In this document: piece by piece, positions 41,401 to 55,296 of the stretch
How positions within the stretch are numbered: the first letter of the stretch is position 1
Layout: every line of letters begins with the position of its first letter
NCBI GenBank assembly: GCA_976226885.1
Contig: OZ320319.1
Coordinates: 65,472,001 to 65,536,000, forward strand
DNA from: Iphione sp. A-MEVVRFRX5
Lineage: Eukaryota
DNA length: 64,000 nt
Direction: 5' to 3'
Notes under the pieces: model-generated
Database searches by the model: none
What the model was told of the DNA's origin: nothing
Seen by the model: only the letters and a program-made list of their open reading frames with translations
Position numbers and translations under genes: made by a program

Positions 41401-42269
41401 GTTCTTCCTTGCGATCATATGAATGCGTCAATCTATTGTGCGACCAGGTCGATATTGCCTTGACAACCTGACTCCGACCACCGTTTAGGATGGGAACTAC
41501 AAACAAGAAATTTTAAATAACTGTACCCTCAGTCCGATGTTATGGTAAACATGGTTAATTGGCAGTGTTTATGTAATATATATACTTATCCCCTGATTTT
41601 TCTAGTAAAGCCGAATAAAAATAGGTGTGTAACTTAGGTAAAACACAAAGAGGGAACTACACAAGGCCAATACAAATTAAGACTATTCTTAAAATCCAGT
41701 AAAGCAATATGAATTATTGTACAGAGTATAAGTCATGTTTTTTTAGCTGACTTCATACAGATGACCTGTGCTGGCCCCATGGAAACCTCATTTGATGGCT
41801 CTTCCGTTGGCTGATATATTTATTACTACTGCAATGGTTGAAATGCAGAAAACAGCAGATCGTTTTTGGAAAGATATTAGCCTGTGTAACCTATGTGCAA
41901 GGCATGTAGTGATGATTGCTATGAATAAAACTATGTAAGGCCTTATGGCCATAAAAATGAAAGACCCACCGATGCATATGATTCTAAGTGACAGGTTATG
42001 ACTTTTACAAGATGACACAAAAACTATTTTAATTCAGCTTCCATTATATAAGACCAAATCATTTACTCTTGTCAAGTGTTTGCTCTTAAGGTGCTAAAGC
42101 TTGACAACAGCTGCAGTATCAAAGATTGCAAGGGATGCTGCTGGGTATAGACTAAGATTTAACAACACTTCAAGAAGCTGTGAAGGTAAGACTGAGATAA
42201 TTCAGGATGACTTGCCAATCATATTCTCTACTGATACATATGGACAGTGGGACTGCTGTTTTTGAACCA

Positions 42270-42430
42270 AATTTGCAATAGTTTTGCTACATTGCAGCAG
42301 AAATTACATCAGTTTCACCATTTTCTGGCTGAATGTGCATCAGTTTTTGCCATTTTCATCCAAATTTCCATCAGTTACACCAAAGTTTACCATTTGTCCA
42401 TTTCTTACTGCATTTCTACTGAGGATATCT
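42270..42430 (+). repeat. Internally repetitive dispersed element, homologous to 14205-14410 in the opposite orientation
   Basis: See the alignment above. Recurrent CAGTTT(T)GCCATTTT units in a CpG-poor block. Confidence 0.6.
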
Positions 42431-44659
42431 ACTGAACTTTCTCTGTGTCTACAGTGACCTTAAAAATTGCTTATATTTAACTAAATTAAGGCTGTCCACA
42501 TGTAGGTGTCTGCTGTAGGTGAGCCTGCACAGCAGCCAGGTCATCTTAGACAATAAATAAAGGGTTTCTGCACCAATTATGGTGTTTTTCTGTCCATACA
42601 GAGGGTTGTCCATAGTAGTCTTGTATTCCTTGACAAGGTTCCACTGTATATACTGATGCTCTCAGACAGAGTTTGTAAATTACAACTGCTTTATATTATT
42701 TATTGTCTCCCATCTCTAAAAGGAGTGGGCGACATTAGGAATGCTGCTGTCTAACCATCAAACTCTCCATTATGAAATTATGAATCTATTTCCTTCTAAG
42801 CTAAAACAAATAAATAAATAAAATGAATAAAAAATATCTCCCACTCCCTACCTAGATTTCAGGTGGTGTAACCAGAAACACACCTATTTGGGGGAGCCTA
42901 ACCAAAGTGATTGATGCGTACATTCATCATATATTTCTCTAGTATGGCCTACAGGTTGTGTGATAATATTGCAATGAACATGTACTCCACTCTCAAAGAT
43001 ATCTGGACATATACTCTTTGTTAGCCTGATGGTGAGAAGCAGACATCTAACCTAGGTTTCTCCGGACGCCTCAGGTTTATTTCGTTATCATCATTCCGCA
43101 CGGTCGATCTCTTCGGGGGTCCTTTATATCAAGCGCAGACATCCATACTCATTAAGTCCATTTCGATGCAGAGCGTTCCCCACGATTCGCTCGTCAGCCC
43201 CCTATTTCATGGAATCTATTCATCCTTCTATGGAAATTCCATGGACATTCAGTTATCGCCTCAGAACAAGAGTGGCATTTGCCCTAGGCGCAGCAAAGAC
43301 AGTAGACCAAAGACAGTCTTACCTTCAAGTAATACCATCATTTTTTGTTATACTGGTGAGGTCCATTTCATAAAAGCTTACTCCTCCAAGACACTTGACG
43401 CCTTCGCCGCGATTAACTGTCGGCTTATCAGGTTGTCAGTGAAAAACTAGAAAATTGAGTCGTTTTATTCCTCTCTTAGTTTTTACGCAGTTAAAGTACG
43501 TTTGAAACATTCGTCAAAAATGATATTGAAAATATATTTTAGCAGAAGCTGGTTACGTCACCACAGTACAATGCATTTAGATTATTCGATGATTTTTTAA
43601 AGCCAGTCCTGTTTCCACTGTATTAAAGAAAAGCTCGTGAAAACTGGTCTCTTGGGAGCGTTTTTGGCTAGGGTTTAAGCGATCGTCTGTAAACCTGATT
43701 CCAATACAAACTGAAGAATATAGTGTTGTGTAGGCGGTAAGGGTAGTAAATTATCCCGGTGCGACAACATGAACAATTCCCTGCCCGTGAAAACATTTTT
43801 AAAAGCTAAGATACCTTTGGTCTTTACACTTACCCCTTTAACAATATACTGTATTGTGAAAAAAACTCAGAGATTTTGGAATGAAAAGTTCGAAGGTCTG
43901 CCATTTCATTTAATGGCATATAACATAACATGACTTCACTACATTATATAAAACATAACAACTCAGTACATCGTGCTTTAGCACCATCTAAACAATAGGG
44001 TCTGGCAGCCTAAGGAAGCAGGAAAATACGAAGTGGGCAAATAAACGGGCAGACAATTACTGCCTATAATGTATGAGGTCCTTGAACCAAGTACATTATA
44101 CAGGCACTAATTTCCTATTGGAGGACTTTATCTGATTTAAACCACGCCACCCACAACTGACCGATCTGCCGGTTCAGTCAGGAGGATAGGGCCCACTGAG
44201 GTAGAGGCAGGTTGGCTTTCAAGCCCCGCTCTTAGTCACGAAGGTTTGGACTGCACCAAAGCCTCGCCAACCACCACTACCCCTCTTCAGCCAGCTGGCA
44301 GAGTCCCCCAGTTAAGAAGGTAAGCCTGCTCTCCCACCTCCAAATGTATGATGTGTCGATATACCCCAGTCAAGAAGGTTTATAGAGAGGGAGGGAGAAA
44401 GACACTGTGTAAGCTGTACATTATAGGTAGATAACGAAAATATAATGTACATTGGTCTAACAAGAATCTGTAATTGAAGTAACATGGTTGAAAGGGATGT
44501 GGGGGGTCTCCGCCACATTAATATACTTATGTAAATACATTCTAATGAAAAGGGGTAGGTCTAACAATAGTTCAAATTTAGCCCTACAATGAATGAAAGA
44601 ACTATGATCTAACCTTTGTCGGGCCTCTGGGGCACAGTGCATAGGAGTGCTGGCCTCAC

Positions 44660-44730
44660 ATGGACTATGTATGGAGAGGCCAGTCACACTGAGGAGCTGG
44701 ATTCGAACCCACACCCTGCCTTCACCACAT
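44660..44730 (-). mobile_element. Possible SINE fragment with a Pol III B box
   Basis: Minus strand GGGTTCGAATCC (44699-44710). No A box and no tRNA cloverleaf. Confidence 0.25.
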
Positions 44731-45139
44731 TTCATCAGAAGAGATGAAAACAGCAGTAGAGGCTAGTAAAATTACATAGAATAATGTACTCAAGGGGATG
44801 ATAGGAACGCTGAGTGAGAGGGGATGTAGGGGTGGTGTAGTGTCTATGTGAATGATATTTATGTTAAAAGATACATTACAAACAAGATAATTCAAACCGC
44901 TTCTATGTCCAGTATTTAAACATATTTAGTTATACGCAGAAAGTTTTCTAGTGTGTCTCATAGAGATAATAAAGCAAGAACACTAGACTGTCCGAAATGC
45001 GGACGCAAACAAGACGGACTTAACTTGTCCACATTGGAAGAGCGTTTACTTTCTCGAGCGTCTTCTCAATAGTACCAAACCATGATTTCAAGGTGTCTAG
45101 GGCGACCAGTTGGCATATAAGCAACCACAGCTGACTCCT

Positions 45140-45308
45140 ATTCAGTTCATTTAGACTTTTTTCCTCATAATTTGGACTTTTCCCCCATAATATTCAGTTA
45201 GTTTGGACTTTTTCCCCATAATGTTCAGTCCATTTTGACATTTTTCCCCATAATATTCAGTTAATTTGGACTTTTCCCCCATAATATTCAGTTAATTTGG
45301 ACTTTTTT
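45140..45308. repeat. 31-bp minisatellite, about 5 copies (TTTGGACTTTTCCCCCATAATATTCAGTTAA)
   Basis: The GG of TTGGAC recurs at 45174, 45205, about 45237 (variant), 45268 and 45299. Confidence 0.9.
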
Positions 45309-46349
45309 ATTCAGTATAGAGAGAGGGAGAGACAGGGGGAGAGATTTCATTTTGGGGTCTGACCCCATCCCCCCCCCCAACCAATGCCTTAGGCGACCAT
45401 TCGCCTTAGGAGACCACGTTACTACACACGCCCTTTCATTACCACTGAGTGCGCATCGTCGCCAAAGCAACATTATAGAAGACGGACTATTACCTGAATG
45501 ATGCTGAATTCAAACACATCAGGCTAATCATATTCGGCCTAGGGGGTCCCGGGCCCGTATACTATTGTCCCAATCCTGAGATGAGAAAACGTGCATAAAG
45601 CTGCTGGTGACGTTTACGTGTATACTGGAAACAAAGCGGTGTATATACATACATGTACGGTCAACGCCCATTATCCGTCCTCTCGTGACGCAAACTTGTA
45701 GGCCTTTAGGAGATGCCAAAGGTTACGTATTGTTTTTTGTATTACCTGGGTACAAATTAATCGGCACCATCGCCTCCTCCCCCCCCCCTCCCCTCCGCCG
45801 TTTCCGACGACAAACAACCATCAAGGGGGTTACACGTGTGCAATGGAACTGACTGCCTTATAATGAAGTTAAGACACTCTTCATTTCCTCACGCAGAATT
45901 TGGAGTACGCTCGCAAATTTCCTATGAAACTCAGGTTGACGAGCGCCGACGGCATATATACTGCATCAAACTGTATTCACTCAGGTGCCCCCAAAACTGC
46001 ATACTACCTACAGCTGCATACTTGTAACTGCAGTATAAGTAATACACTGACCATGATATAATTGTGACGACCGTGTTTTTTTTCATTACTATTTCAGTTC
46101 TGAAAACTGATGAGAAACACCTTTAATTTCTTGCGGTTCGTTGGGACCTACTCTCTGTCCATCAGCACGAAGAAAAGATTGATCCTCTATAAAAACAGCA
46201 TACGGCATAAAATAATACAGTGTATGTTAACAAATGTAACATTATACCTTGCCTTTCCGACCCGGGCATGAGTAAATACCAGGACCCGTAGAGTTATTCC
46301 TCCCTGGCATCAAATATCGATGAAAACGAATGGCACAATCAAAAAACTC

Positions 46350-46371
46350 AGGTCCTGAGTTCAAAAGGTCA
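46350..46371 (+). promoter_or_regulatory. Nuclear-receptor direct repeat: perfect DR2 plus an overlapping imperfect DR2 (RARE-like)
   Basis: AGGTCC-tg-AGTTCA-aa-AGGTCA. The last two half-sites match RGKTCA exactly. Function is untested. Confidence 0.45.
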
Positions 46372-49300
46372 GGTAGCTATGATTATACTTCCAGTGTGGA
46401 AGACCTATAGTGAAAGGGACTCGCAGAGACAGACGTCATTACCCTTTTGCTGCTACTATATCTAACCGAGTATCGAGAGAAATATCTGCTGTGCTCATTG
46501 GTCTCAGCGGGCCTGGCACCGATGAGACGAAGACTAATAGAGGAGGCTTTCTGATCAAGTGTATTTCATCGGGGGTTTTGCAACCATGGAGCAAATCATG
46601 TAACACATCGTAGAAAGCGTAAGGTACAAAACAGTGGCATGGTCTTGAAAGAACCAGGGCGGGCTGACTTTCTCGTACACAGGTACACATCTATTTTCAT
46701 GTCCCTTCATGATAAGAAATGTATACTAAATATGAGAAGTGAATCTCTGAATCTTTGAAAAGTCAATGTTTAACCAGGTATCACAGAATTGTACAATTAG
46801 TCGTAAACAACAAATAATTCCCTATGTTAAGGGCAGTTCTGTAACCTTTTCCAACAGCAGCTGATCCGAGGCAATCTGGGCTCTAACGCGCCGTGAAAAC
46901 AAGGTTTTAGTGAGGTCCTTAATTCCCCCTGTCAGCGACGACATGGAACAAAGCATTCAAGTACTCAAAGATATCATTTGACTGATGGAAGCTAGGATGT
47001 GATAGTCATCTAAATAATGCATTCTGGTACATCTTCTGTGGTGGTACATCTGTTTTAAACCACTAAAGACATACCTATGCTTGGTTCACGTTAAGTTTGA
47101 GGCGTAATTGCCCTCTATGAAGTCGAATATAGAAGGTATGTACATCGTGAAATGCGATAACTATTCGTCTGACGTGTATTGGTTCAGTTTCGATGAACAT
47201 AATGTCTGTTGTTTGAATCTAACCAGGCAATGACAATTCTACGAGACCTCATACTGTGAACACTAAAGCAGAGATTTCGAAATAACTCTTTAAGTCAGGG
47301 GAACGAATTGGATGAATAAACAATCAAACTGATTTATCCGGGCCCGACGTGCCTCACTGCAGCTTCAAATAAATTTTGGAATGTTAATGAAACAAGCCAC
47401 ACACCGATTTGTCATTCCCCGACCGCCACAATGATAACCTCTGTAAATACGTGCTGGGGCTCTCTGAAAACCTATTACCAAATTTATAGTCAGGAAACTA
47501 ACACTCTAACAGGCCATTCAAAGTTTGTCATTTGGAGAATGGCCTTGTAAAACGTTCTGATTCTCTAAACCATCTGCGAAAGCCGCAGGAAGGCAATGGA
47601 AGCATTTTGACACTGCACCTTGGCTCGTCCCTCCGTAAGAGCTGCTGAAGCGATGATGTCAACGGACGTAGGTCACTGCGCCGGTCTTCATCCTTCGGCC
47701 ACTTACGTTATTAGAAAATCCTCTCCGAGATAAAAAGGAAAAAAAAAGAACCATCCCGTCCCCTCCTCGACGTCCAGCTCAATTGACCCCAGAGAGAACG
47801 TGAGGTGCTCTCCCGCCGTATTAGATAGCCGCGGCAGTGAGCAAGACCTACGGACGCAGCGAGCAGTGATGACCTCCGTGATTCAGTCTTCTGCGAGCGG
47901 GTTGGCGGTCAGCCGGCACCAAGGCTAATCATTTGCCAGATTGCTACTCTCATGAGGCTTGCGTGAGGGTGAAATCATCTCAATAGGTCACGTGGCAGCT
48001 TGTGAACCGGGCAGTGTACGACTCAAGCCCACTGGGAGTAATTAAAGTGAATGTCACACAGGTTGAAGGGTTCACGCCTAACCATGCCTATGCACTTAAC
48101 CCACGTGGCATATGACGCCCCAGAGCACGCTTATGCAACGTTGTTCTCTAAACTATTATGACTTTTATTTGCGGAAAAAATATGTCCTGCAAGATACCAC
48201 ATTCATGTAGACCGTGACTCGACTACACCGAAACAATGATGAACCAAAGGAAAACTACTAATTTGACGATGATTTAGAAAGCAAAGCCTGTTATGCTAAT
48301 CATCAAAGTGGATATCTAGATCAGCAGTGACGTCAGGATGGTAAAAACTGGAATTTCTGTATGTAATTTGTGTACCAGAAGAATTAAGCTCTTGCTGAAT
48401 AAGCAATCAACCGCGGTGGCCCTCCTGGAAAATAATTTCAGCATTATGTATGTTTTATATCTGTTAGTGGATCTTGCAACAAAAGCATAAATGCAAAATA
48501 CGAAAGTTTTGCGGAGGAAAATGATCAAGTGGGAGGACTGAGTGTGCGAAGGGTGAGGATCTGCCTGACTTTAATATTTTTTATACCTAAGAGGTAGTGC
48601 AATATTTATTAGTCTTTTGATTAAATATTGAGAACGCCTCTAACAAGATGGTTTGTTTTCAACATGTCTCTGTTTGCCCTTTATTATCTACTTTTAAATA
48701 GGATTCTAACATGAGTTTGGCGCATCAAGTGGACAATCTAACACAGTAACACAGCAACATGTTCACCAAGCACCAGAGTAACGAAGGCAATTTTTTGTGA
48801 TCTATTCAACACCGGTAATAATCTATTCATATGAGAGATGGCTAGACGGAAAGGGCCGCCGTAATCACTCCAGATTCGGCCATTTATTACTACCATTGGT
48901 AGTAAACCTGTCTCCCCACGGAGAAGATATTTGATCGTCATCAATATTAAGTAGTCTCCCTCACATTTGTGATCATCATCAAAACTGTCCTCATTAGAAA
49001 ACTGTCCTTTGCAATAGGTTTGGCCTGGAACTGACCTTAGCGCGTTCATGTAGTACAAATAGAAAATGTTTCCCCTTAAGTTACCTATTTTGTTTTTCAT
49101 TAACATTATTTGGTATTGGAAATCATATGGTGGTGATTAAAAAGACTCCATTGTAAAACCTTACAGTCAAATCATTCCATTAGATAGTACTGATTTAGAT
49201 AAATAGTCTTTTCGAACTTCGAAAGCCCACACGTTAGCAGAACAGAGCTTACCGATCTAGGAGCTCTCGGAACACTAATTACATATTTCTAAGTCCTGTA

Positions 49301-52300
49301 TATTTCCTAAGTCACCTTTACTTTGTTCATAGGTTCTGGATAATGGTGAGATTCGAAGAAAATGGAAGATACGCCCTCAGCCTTTCTTCTAGTCTGTAGG
49401 AGATCAGGCCACAAAAGACATCTGTGTTTCCTGTGACAGGCTGAAAAATATTGGGTCGGTATGGAGATTTTTTTCCAATAGTTACTGGGGCCAGAATGTT
49501 CAGCTTTTTGTCCATGTGTTGTGAACGTAAGCATATTGAGGCGGATTTCCCATGTACCTGTATTCATGCATTCTGGTATGTAGGTACCATGTGTGGAACA
49601 AACCAGACGTACACATTTACTATGTCCTTACCAATGTGTCTGGGCATACGGATGCCTATCCAGTTGGACGATCTGACTTTTCACCGGTTTTCAAACATAG
49701 TTATGTGCGAACTTAGTTATACTACCTATATAAAACGTTGCCTAAAAGTAGTTCAGCTATGGGGAGAAAATCTCATACAGATGTGATTTAAGATAGGGAA
49801 TTAGTTTTCATATTTACTTATGTGTGTAGTGAGAGTATTGTAAAAGAGGACATGTTATGTGTACTTTATCCTGATTATTACCACTTTAAGGAGAAACAAA
49901 ATCTAACATTGGACTATTTTCTTCAGCTTGCTGTAGTGAGAGGTGTATTCCTACATGCTTCTGTTCAGTCAAGCAGAACCAATGGTTGTGAACTTGTGAG
50001 AAGGGGTCAAAGTACAGGATACCATTTTGCAACCCTCAGAGAGACTACACAACCAGGGCCAGTGCCAAAGGCACCTGTAGCTTTCAAAAGCAGTAGTAAA
50101 CTGCATGTACTTCCAAGCACTGAACCTATGGATGAATTCCACACATAACAGTTACATTTCCAGGGCTGTAACTACACGTACATGGAAAAACCACCAGAGC
50201 TCTGTAGCCAGCTGTTTGCTGTTGATTTTTCTAGATATCATGACTGAAGGTGCTCTCCTGCATATGTTTGACCGTACGGTGATCCTCTACTCTAGAGTTA
50301 CGTAGATGTGAGTATCAAAAATTAATACGTCGCTAGGAAAACAATTAAAATACATTCAGCTCATAGTGACTCCGTAAGGCGCCGATGCTCCAAATCTGAG
50401 TAACTTCACAAAATAAAGAAAACCACGAGCGATCTACGGAGCTCAACGACAACAGAGCTCATTACAGAAGTTAGAAGCGATGCCAACGACACATTGACTG
50501 CACTTTAGCGAGGAAAGTTCCTCTAATTATCAAAAAATGCCGCTTTAACACTACTAGAAGTAGACATGATGAGCGAATTTGTTAAGCCTAATGTGAGCTG
50601 CTGGGGAATTCCGTAACTATACTTCTGGATTGCCGGTAGAGGGCATGGCTAGTGATATCTGCCCTGTCAAGGGCAGATGCTGGGTCAGTCTCAGGTTACC
50701 AGAACGACGGTGAGTTTTTTTCAAGCCTCTGGCTCGCTATACAGGCAATGAGGTCCCGGTTCATCCGTCGTCACCCATTGCCCTTAAGGGCCACCTGGCA
50801 GCTGTCCTTTCAGCGCCCACGCGATGCCTGGGCGTGCACGCTCTCATCCAGCTAGTTAGAAGTACTAAATGCCTATCAGTCGCTGTGGACCGTCACTGGG
50901 CTTGAGCGTCAGATAGGCCACCAGGGGACTGACAATGGGAGCCGCCCTCTCTACCCACCACCCTGGAGGCTTGACTCGAGGGCGCTCTCGTCGCAGAACA
51001 AAGTGCTTCGGGTTTCCCGACGGAAACCTCTCTTCATCTGGTTCGTGTAACGGTCGCATTTCCCCCGTCATCAAACCATAGAAAATAACCCGTACCTGAG
51101 GTCTCTTCCTCGCCATTAAATTGATCAGCATGTACCGTTAATGATGGAAGATGTCATCACACCCCCCCCCCTTCTAAAGTAAACAGTTACTAATAAGACC
51201 TCACTTTAAGGTAATTGTCTCGTGAACTGACCATGATGAGACAAGGTTAATCAGTATGTCAACGGTGGGCATTATAGCTAGAAAAATTACCCTTTTTTCT
51301 GTTGAACAGGTCCCTACCCTAAGCGTGCACTACACAGGGGCGGACGTGATATGGAAGGGTCAGTTGTGCCAGCAGTTTCAAAGCTGATTACGATGACAGC
51401 GGGAATCATTCGACAGTGCCAGCTAGTCTGAGGGATGCATACGTGTCCATGTGCACGTATACATGCGCTTATAAAATATAAATTAATGTAAGCTATCCTC
51501 TTATTACTTATTATTTTCGACCGAAACATTGCGTGAAACTGGCACGCAGATAACACCTGGTCATCAAGAGAAAAACACTGTTATTTTTCCTGTCTTGACG
51601 TGTGTTTTTCCAGTACATGAACATGCATACGTGGAAAGTATCAAGGAACCTTATCTATGTCTTAAGCCTTCTCATTGAAGCAATGGTTATTTCTTTCACT
51701 AGATAATATCACAAAGTCGATCAAACAAAGACGAAATATATATCCATACTAGTGACAAAACCGAAGCCAGAACACAAAGCTGAGTCACAAATTTGATAAA
51801 ACCGAAGCTGGAACTATACGTCAGCGCAAAGTACGCGTGACAGGCTGGTCCCATTATAAGCATTGCTGTCCCTATAGGGGCTCGCTATTTTCAGTGGATT
51901 ACTGCTACCTCAGCCCTGCCACTAGTTCGACCTTTGCCCTTTATGGCTTTCACACTGAAGCCATTCCAGGCACCGAGGGGGGGGGGGGGGCGGGAAGGCG
52001 TGGTCAGTACTGGTTTCTGATTGGTTCTATTCTGTCAGACGGCTAGGCGTGTCTTTTAACTGGCTTCGAATTCGCAAGCTGCAGATGCGATTTAATCGAA
52101 AGGCTATGGAGAAGAACCATTTGCACAGCTGGGCCAGCACCATGGCGTTTTATTGAGTGGCATCCTCCCTTTGCATCTGTCGCTTTCGGGTGGGATTCAC
52201 TCCAATCTAGATATCTTGACCCAGTAAAGCGGCACTGAGCAGAGCCTCCGAAGTCCTTGACTCGTTTCTTGCACGCGTGGACCTTTTCGGTTGCGGGGCT

Positions 52301-54439
52301 GGCCTTCTGGATCCCCCAGTGACCACAACGCCAATAAGGTTAGTCCCACCTGATGGAAGCCTGATACAGTTTCTGAGGGGTGGTGAGAGTAACGTAGACT
52401 TCCCTATGCTCGCATCGCCCACGCTTTGCTTATCCTGTCGAGATCCTTCCTTTTTTTCCAACAGCACTCTTCAAAGGCGCTCTCATTCCATTCTGTCTGT
52501 GCTGCTTCGCTGAATTCCTCAGGCATACAGGGCATACAACAATTTAGTTCCTGGTTTGGTTCTACGGTATATTGGCTGTCCTGAATATTGAAAAATGATT
52601 CCTGCGATAGAAACACTGGTTGTCATTTCAACAACGAAATGGTAAAACGAGCTCCTTTTTGATCGTTTGACATCCACCCACACTGATGGAATCATCCTGT
52701 TGCATGTATCGATTCAAAGTGTTTGGTACTCAAAATTCTGGATACTAAATACAGTCTTCCAAGGTTTCAATGCAGACATCAAACCACTAGCTTCAAGTTA
52801 ATAGGGATACATATTGTCCGTTTAAATGAGCCATGAGAGTGTAAAATGTAATCTGCACAACAAATCCGCTGGTTATGTTAACCTGTGAGTCTTTCTCATA
52901 GCATGCGGCACAAAGTACTCTAACCGATCATGCGTCAGGTATTGTTCCTTTACAGCGACTGCTGCACCATTCACGGCGTCAGGTTACGTGCCTAAAGGCC
53001 TGGGCTCTCATCCTACGGGTAATCCAGGGTCTTCGGCCAATCTACGTTTCTGACTATGATAGACCTCCTTCCCATCACTCACGATCGTACCTGCAACTCT
53101 AAATTTCATAGGAGATATATATCTTTGGCGATGGTTATCATGGTGTGTGTCCCACGTTTACTAGAGGGAGGAATGTGCTGTATGGCACGCGGCGCCAGAG
53201 ATGCTTTACAATTAATCATTTACTGCACGAGTTAATATTAACCTGAGGTATGGGTCTTCGTCTTCCTATGAATGCCAATGGTCGATTTATCACACATAAC
53301 CAGTCACGAACTACCTAGTCTCACCATATGTACACGACGGAAGATGGGTCGCTATAACAGCTGGTGAATCATTGCGCCCCATAACCCCTAACACTCCATC
53401 AGTCTCGCAGGGAGCCCCTCCTGTCTCGAAAGCTGTTGCTCTGCTGTGCGCCTCAGGAAACATATATTACAATGCATCCAATGGCGGAGAAAGTCTGTGT
53501 GTGCCGTGGAATTTTGTTGTTGGGCATTTTGCATTTGGATTTTTTTCTGTCGAACAAACTTAGTGAATTTTTAAAGAGTCACTTGAAACAGCAATATCAG
53601 TGTTCACGTTACTGTTATCACAGATGTTTCCAGTGCTATCAGGCCATTAAAGTACTGGTTAGCAATCATAATCTTCATTGGTGCACTTATAGCCGCCAGG
53701 CTATTGATAAGGATGGCATAATCACTACCTTTGTTTACAGTTTGGTGTAAGGCCAGACAGTACGGAAACACTGCAGCTTCTGCTATGGAATTGCCAACAC
53801 GGCCAGCAGGCGGTAGTTGTTAATGTCACATTGGTATGCGCCGGGACGCTTTGTGGCAGACCGCACTTACTGTGGGATGGCTGACAGGAGAGAGATTTCC
53901 GGCACTTCGGGCTCTTGCGCAATGTGCTTACTGAGCGCCAGCAATGAGGCTTCCGACGGCGTGGTGCCTCTAGAAAGGTCCATCCCCGGGTTTGGGCCTA
54001 GAGCTGCAGATAACATAGTCCAGGGAAACTGGACTGCGTATAGATGACACTGTCAATCAGGCGATCCTCCCCCGCCCCCCTCCAGCCCACCCTATCGCAG
54101 CAGCTGTGTCATCTATTGATTTCCTAAAGTGCACACCTTTTTTGAGGAATATAATGTCTTTTGTATTGAGCACGGTAGTTCTGTTCACCACTTCAAATGA
54201 TCAATTCTATAAGCTCCAAATCCGATCAAATGACGACGAATACAATAACGAATGCCAGCTTGAAGAGTGTCACCAGCACCTCTGCGACCCACGCCAACCT
54301 ACTGCTAGACCGATCACTGCTGTAACGCCTTCTCAACTCACTGACAGAAATGACGCAAACCGACTGTAGATGACATACGAAATCACCGATATGGAACTTG
54401 ACCCTTGTTACCCTTGCACCACACAGCCTTGCAGACCAA

Positions 54440-54800
54440 CTTCGCTGGTTGAAATGAGGGAGACAATCCGCCACCTGCTCCACAACTTGCTGCACATGTA
54501 CATTGATGCCTTATCTGAGGCCTGTATTTCCTCCTTCCGTCAATCGACACTGCGTCAGTCACGAGATCTGCCTGCACAAAGAAAACCCCTTGCTTAGTAA
54601 CAGCAGGACTCAGTCCTTTCCTAGACTCATCTGCCATCAATGAATGATGGAAGGACTGCAGCCCTGCAAAGGTAGTCCACCTCTATGCTGATGCAAACCT
54701 AACAGTTTGACTATGACTAAGACCCCGCGGACTTACCGGTTGGTAGAGAACGCATTTCCCTACCCTGATGGCAAAACTAAACTCTACATTTGCTCTTTCT
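54440..54800 (+). mobile_element. Heavily decayed LINE RT fragment
   Basis: TIRHLLHNLLHMYIDALSEACISSF (cf. TVxHxxLLHKLxxYGIxGxLLxWISSFL), QQDSVLS (cf. PQGSVLS), VHLYADA (cf. YADD) and PDGKTK, in order. This explains the ORFs at 54106-54597. Confidence 0.5.
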
Positions 54801-55296
54801 GGCCATAATTGTGACCTTGCAAATGGAAGTCCATACTACCGTTAACATCAGCTACCCTCCCCCCTCCCCTTGCACAATGGAGAACTTCTGATGCTGAATA
54901 AAGTGGAACCTTGAATGAACGTCGAAAAACTTCTTATCACTGTAAAAGTCTATTACCAACCATAACACATTAGGGTCCAATGATGACCCCTGGCAGAATC
55001 AAGAGACATGTTGATGAAACCCACTGCACCATTTCCATAACTGCCTATAGAGAACAGGAACAGATGTAGACTGTTTGACATGACGTATTGATAGTGTTAG
55101 CCGTCGTCGCCACAAATTAGTATCCAATGATGAATGCCAAGGAATGAATGAAGATCCCGTAAGCATGTTCTTATGAAGCAGAGACTATATGTACAATCTC
55201 AGCCTACCGGCAATACATGCACAAAGAATGTTCACATGAAAATAGTCCATATGAAGGAATGTCTGTGACTTCATGATAACTTCAGCCGCTGACCAT

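Noticed and set aside
49333-50150. Two splice-site-bounded segments (49333-49526 and from 49927), one Cys-rich (CCSERCIPTCFC)
   Set aside because: Stop density in the best frames is close to random and no domain is recognised.
50345-50372. CACTATG/CACAGTG heptamers suggesting ProtoRAG or Transib ends
   Set aside because: The sequence after the heptamers does not resemble the RSS-like TIR as I recall it, there is no paired end, and no RAG-like coding sequence is present.
52387-52422. P-loop-like peptide VGDASIGKSTLL (GxxxxGKS) on the minus strand
   Set aside because: It lacks the preceding hydrophobic beta-strand, and no downstream switch or G3/G4 motifs or convincing splice sites were found. 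Likely chance.
53866-53990. Minus-strand MDLSRGTTPSEAS... frame ending at a GTAAGT donor
   Set aside because: Isolated, with no partner exons and no homology recognised.
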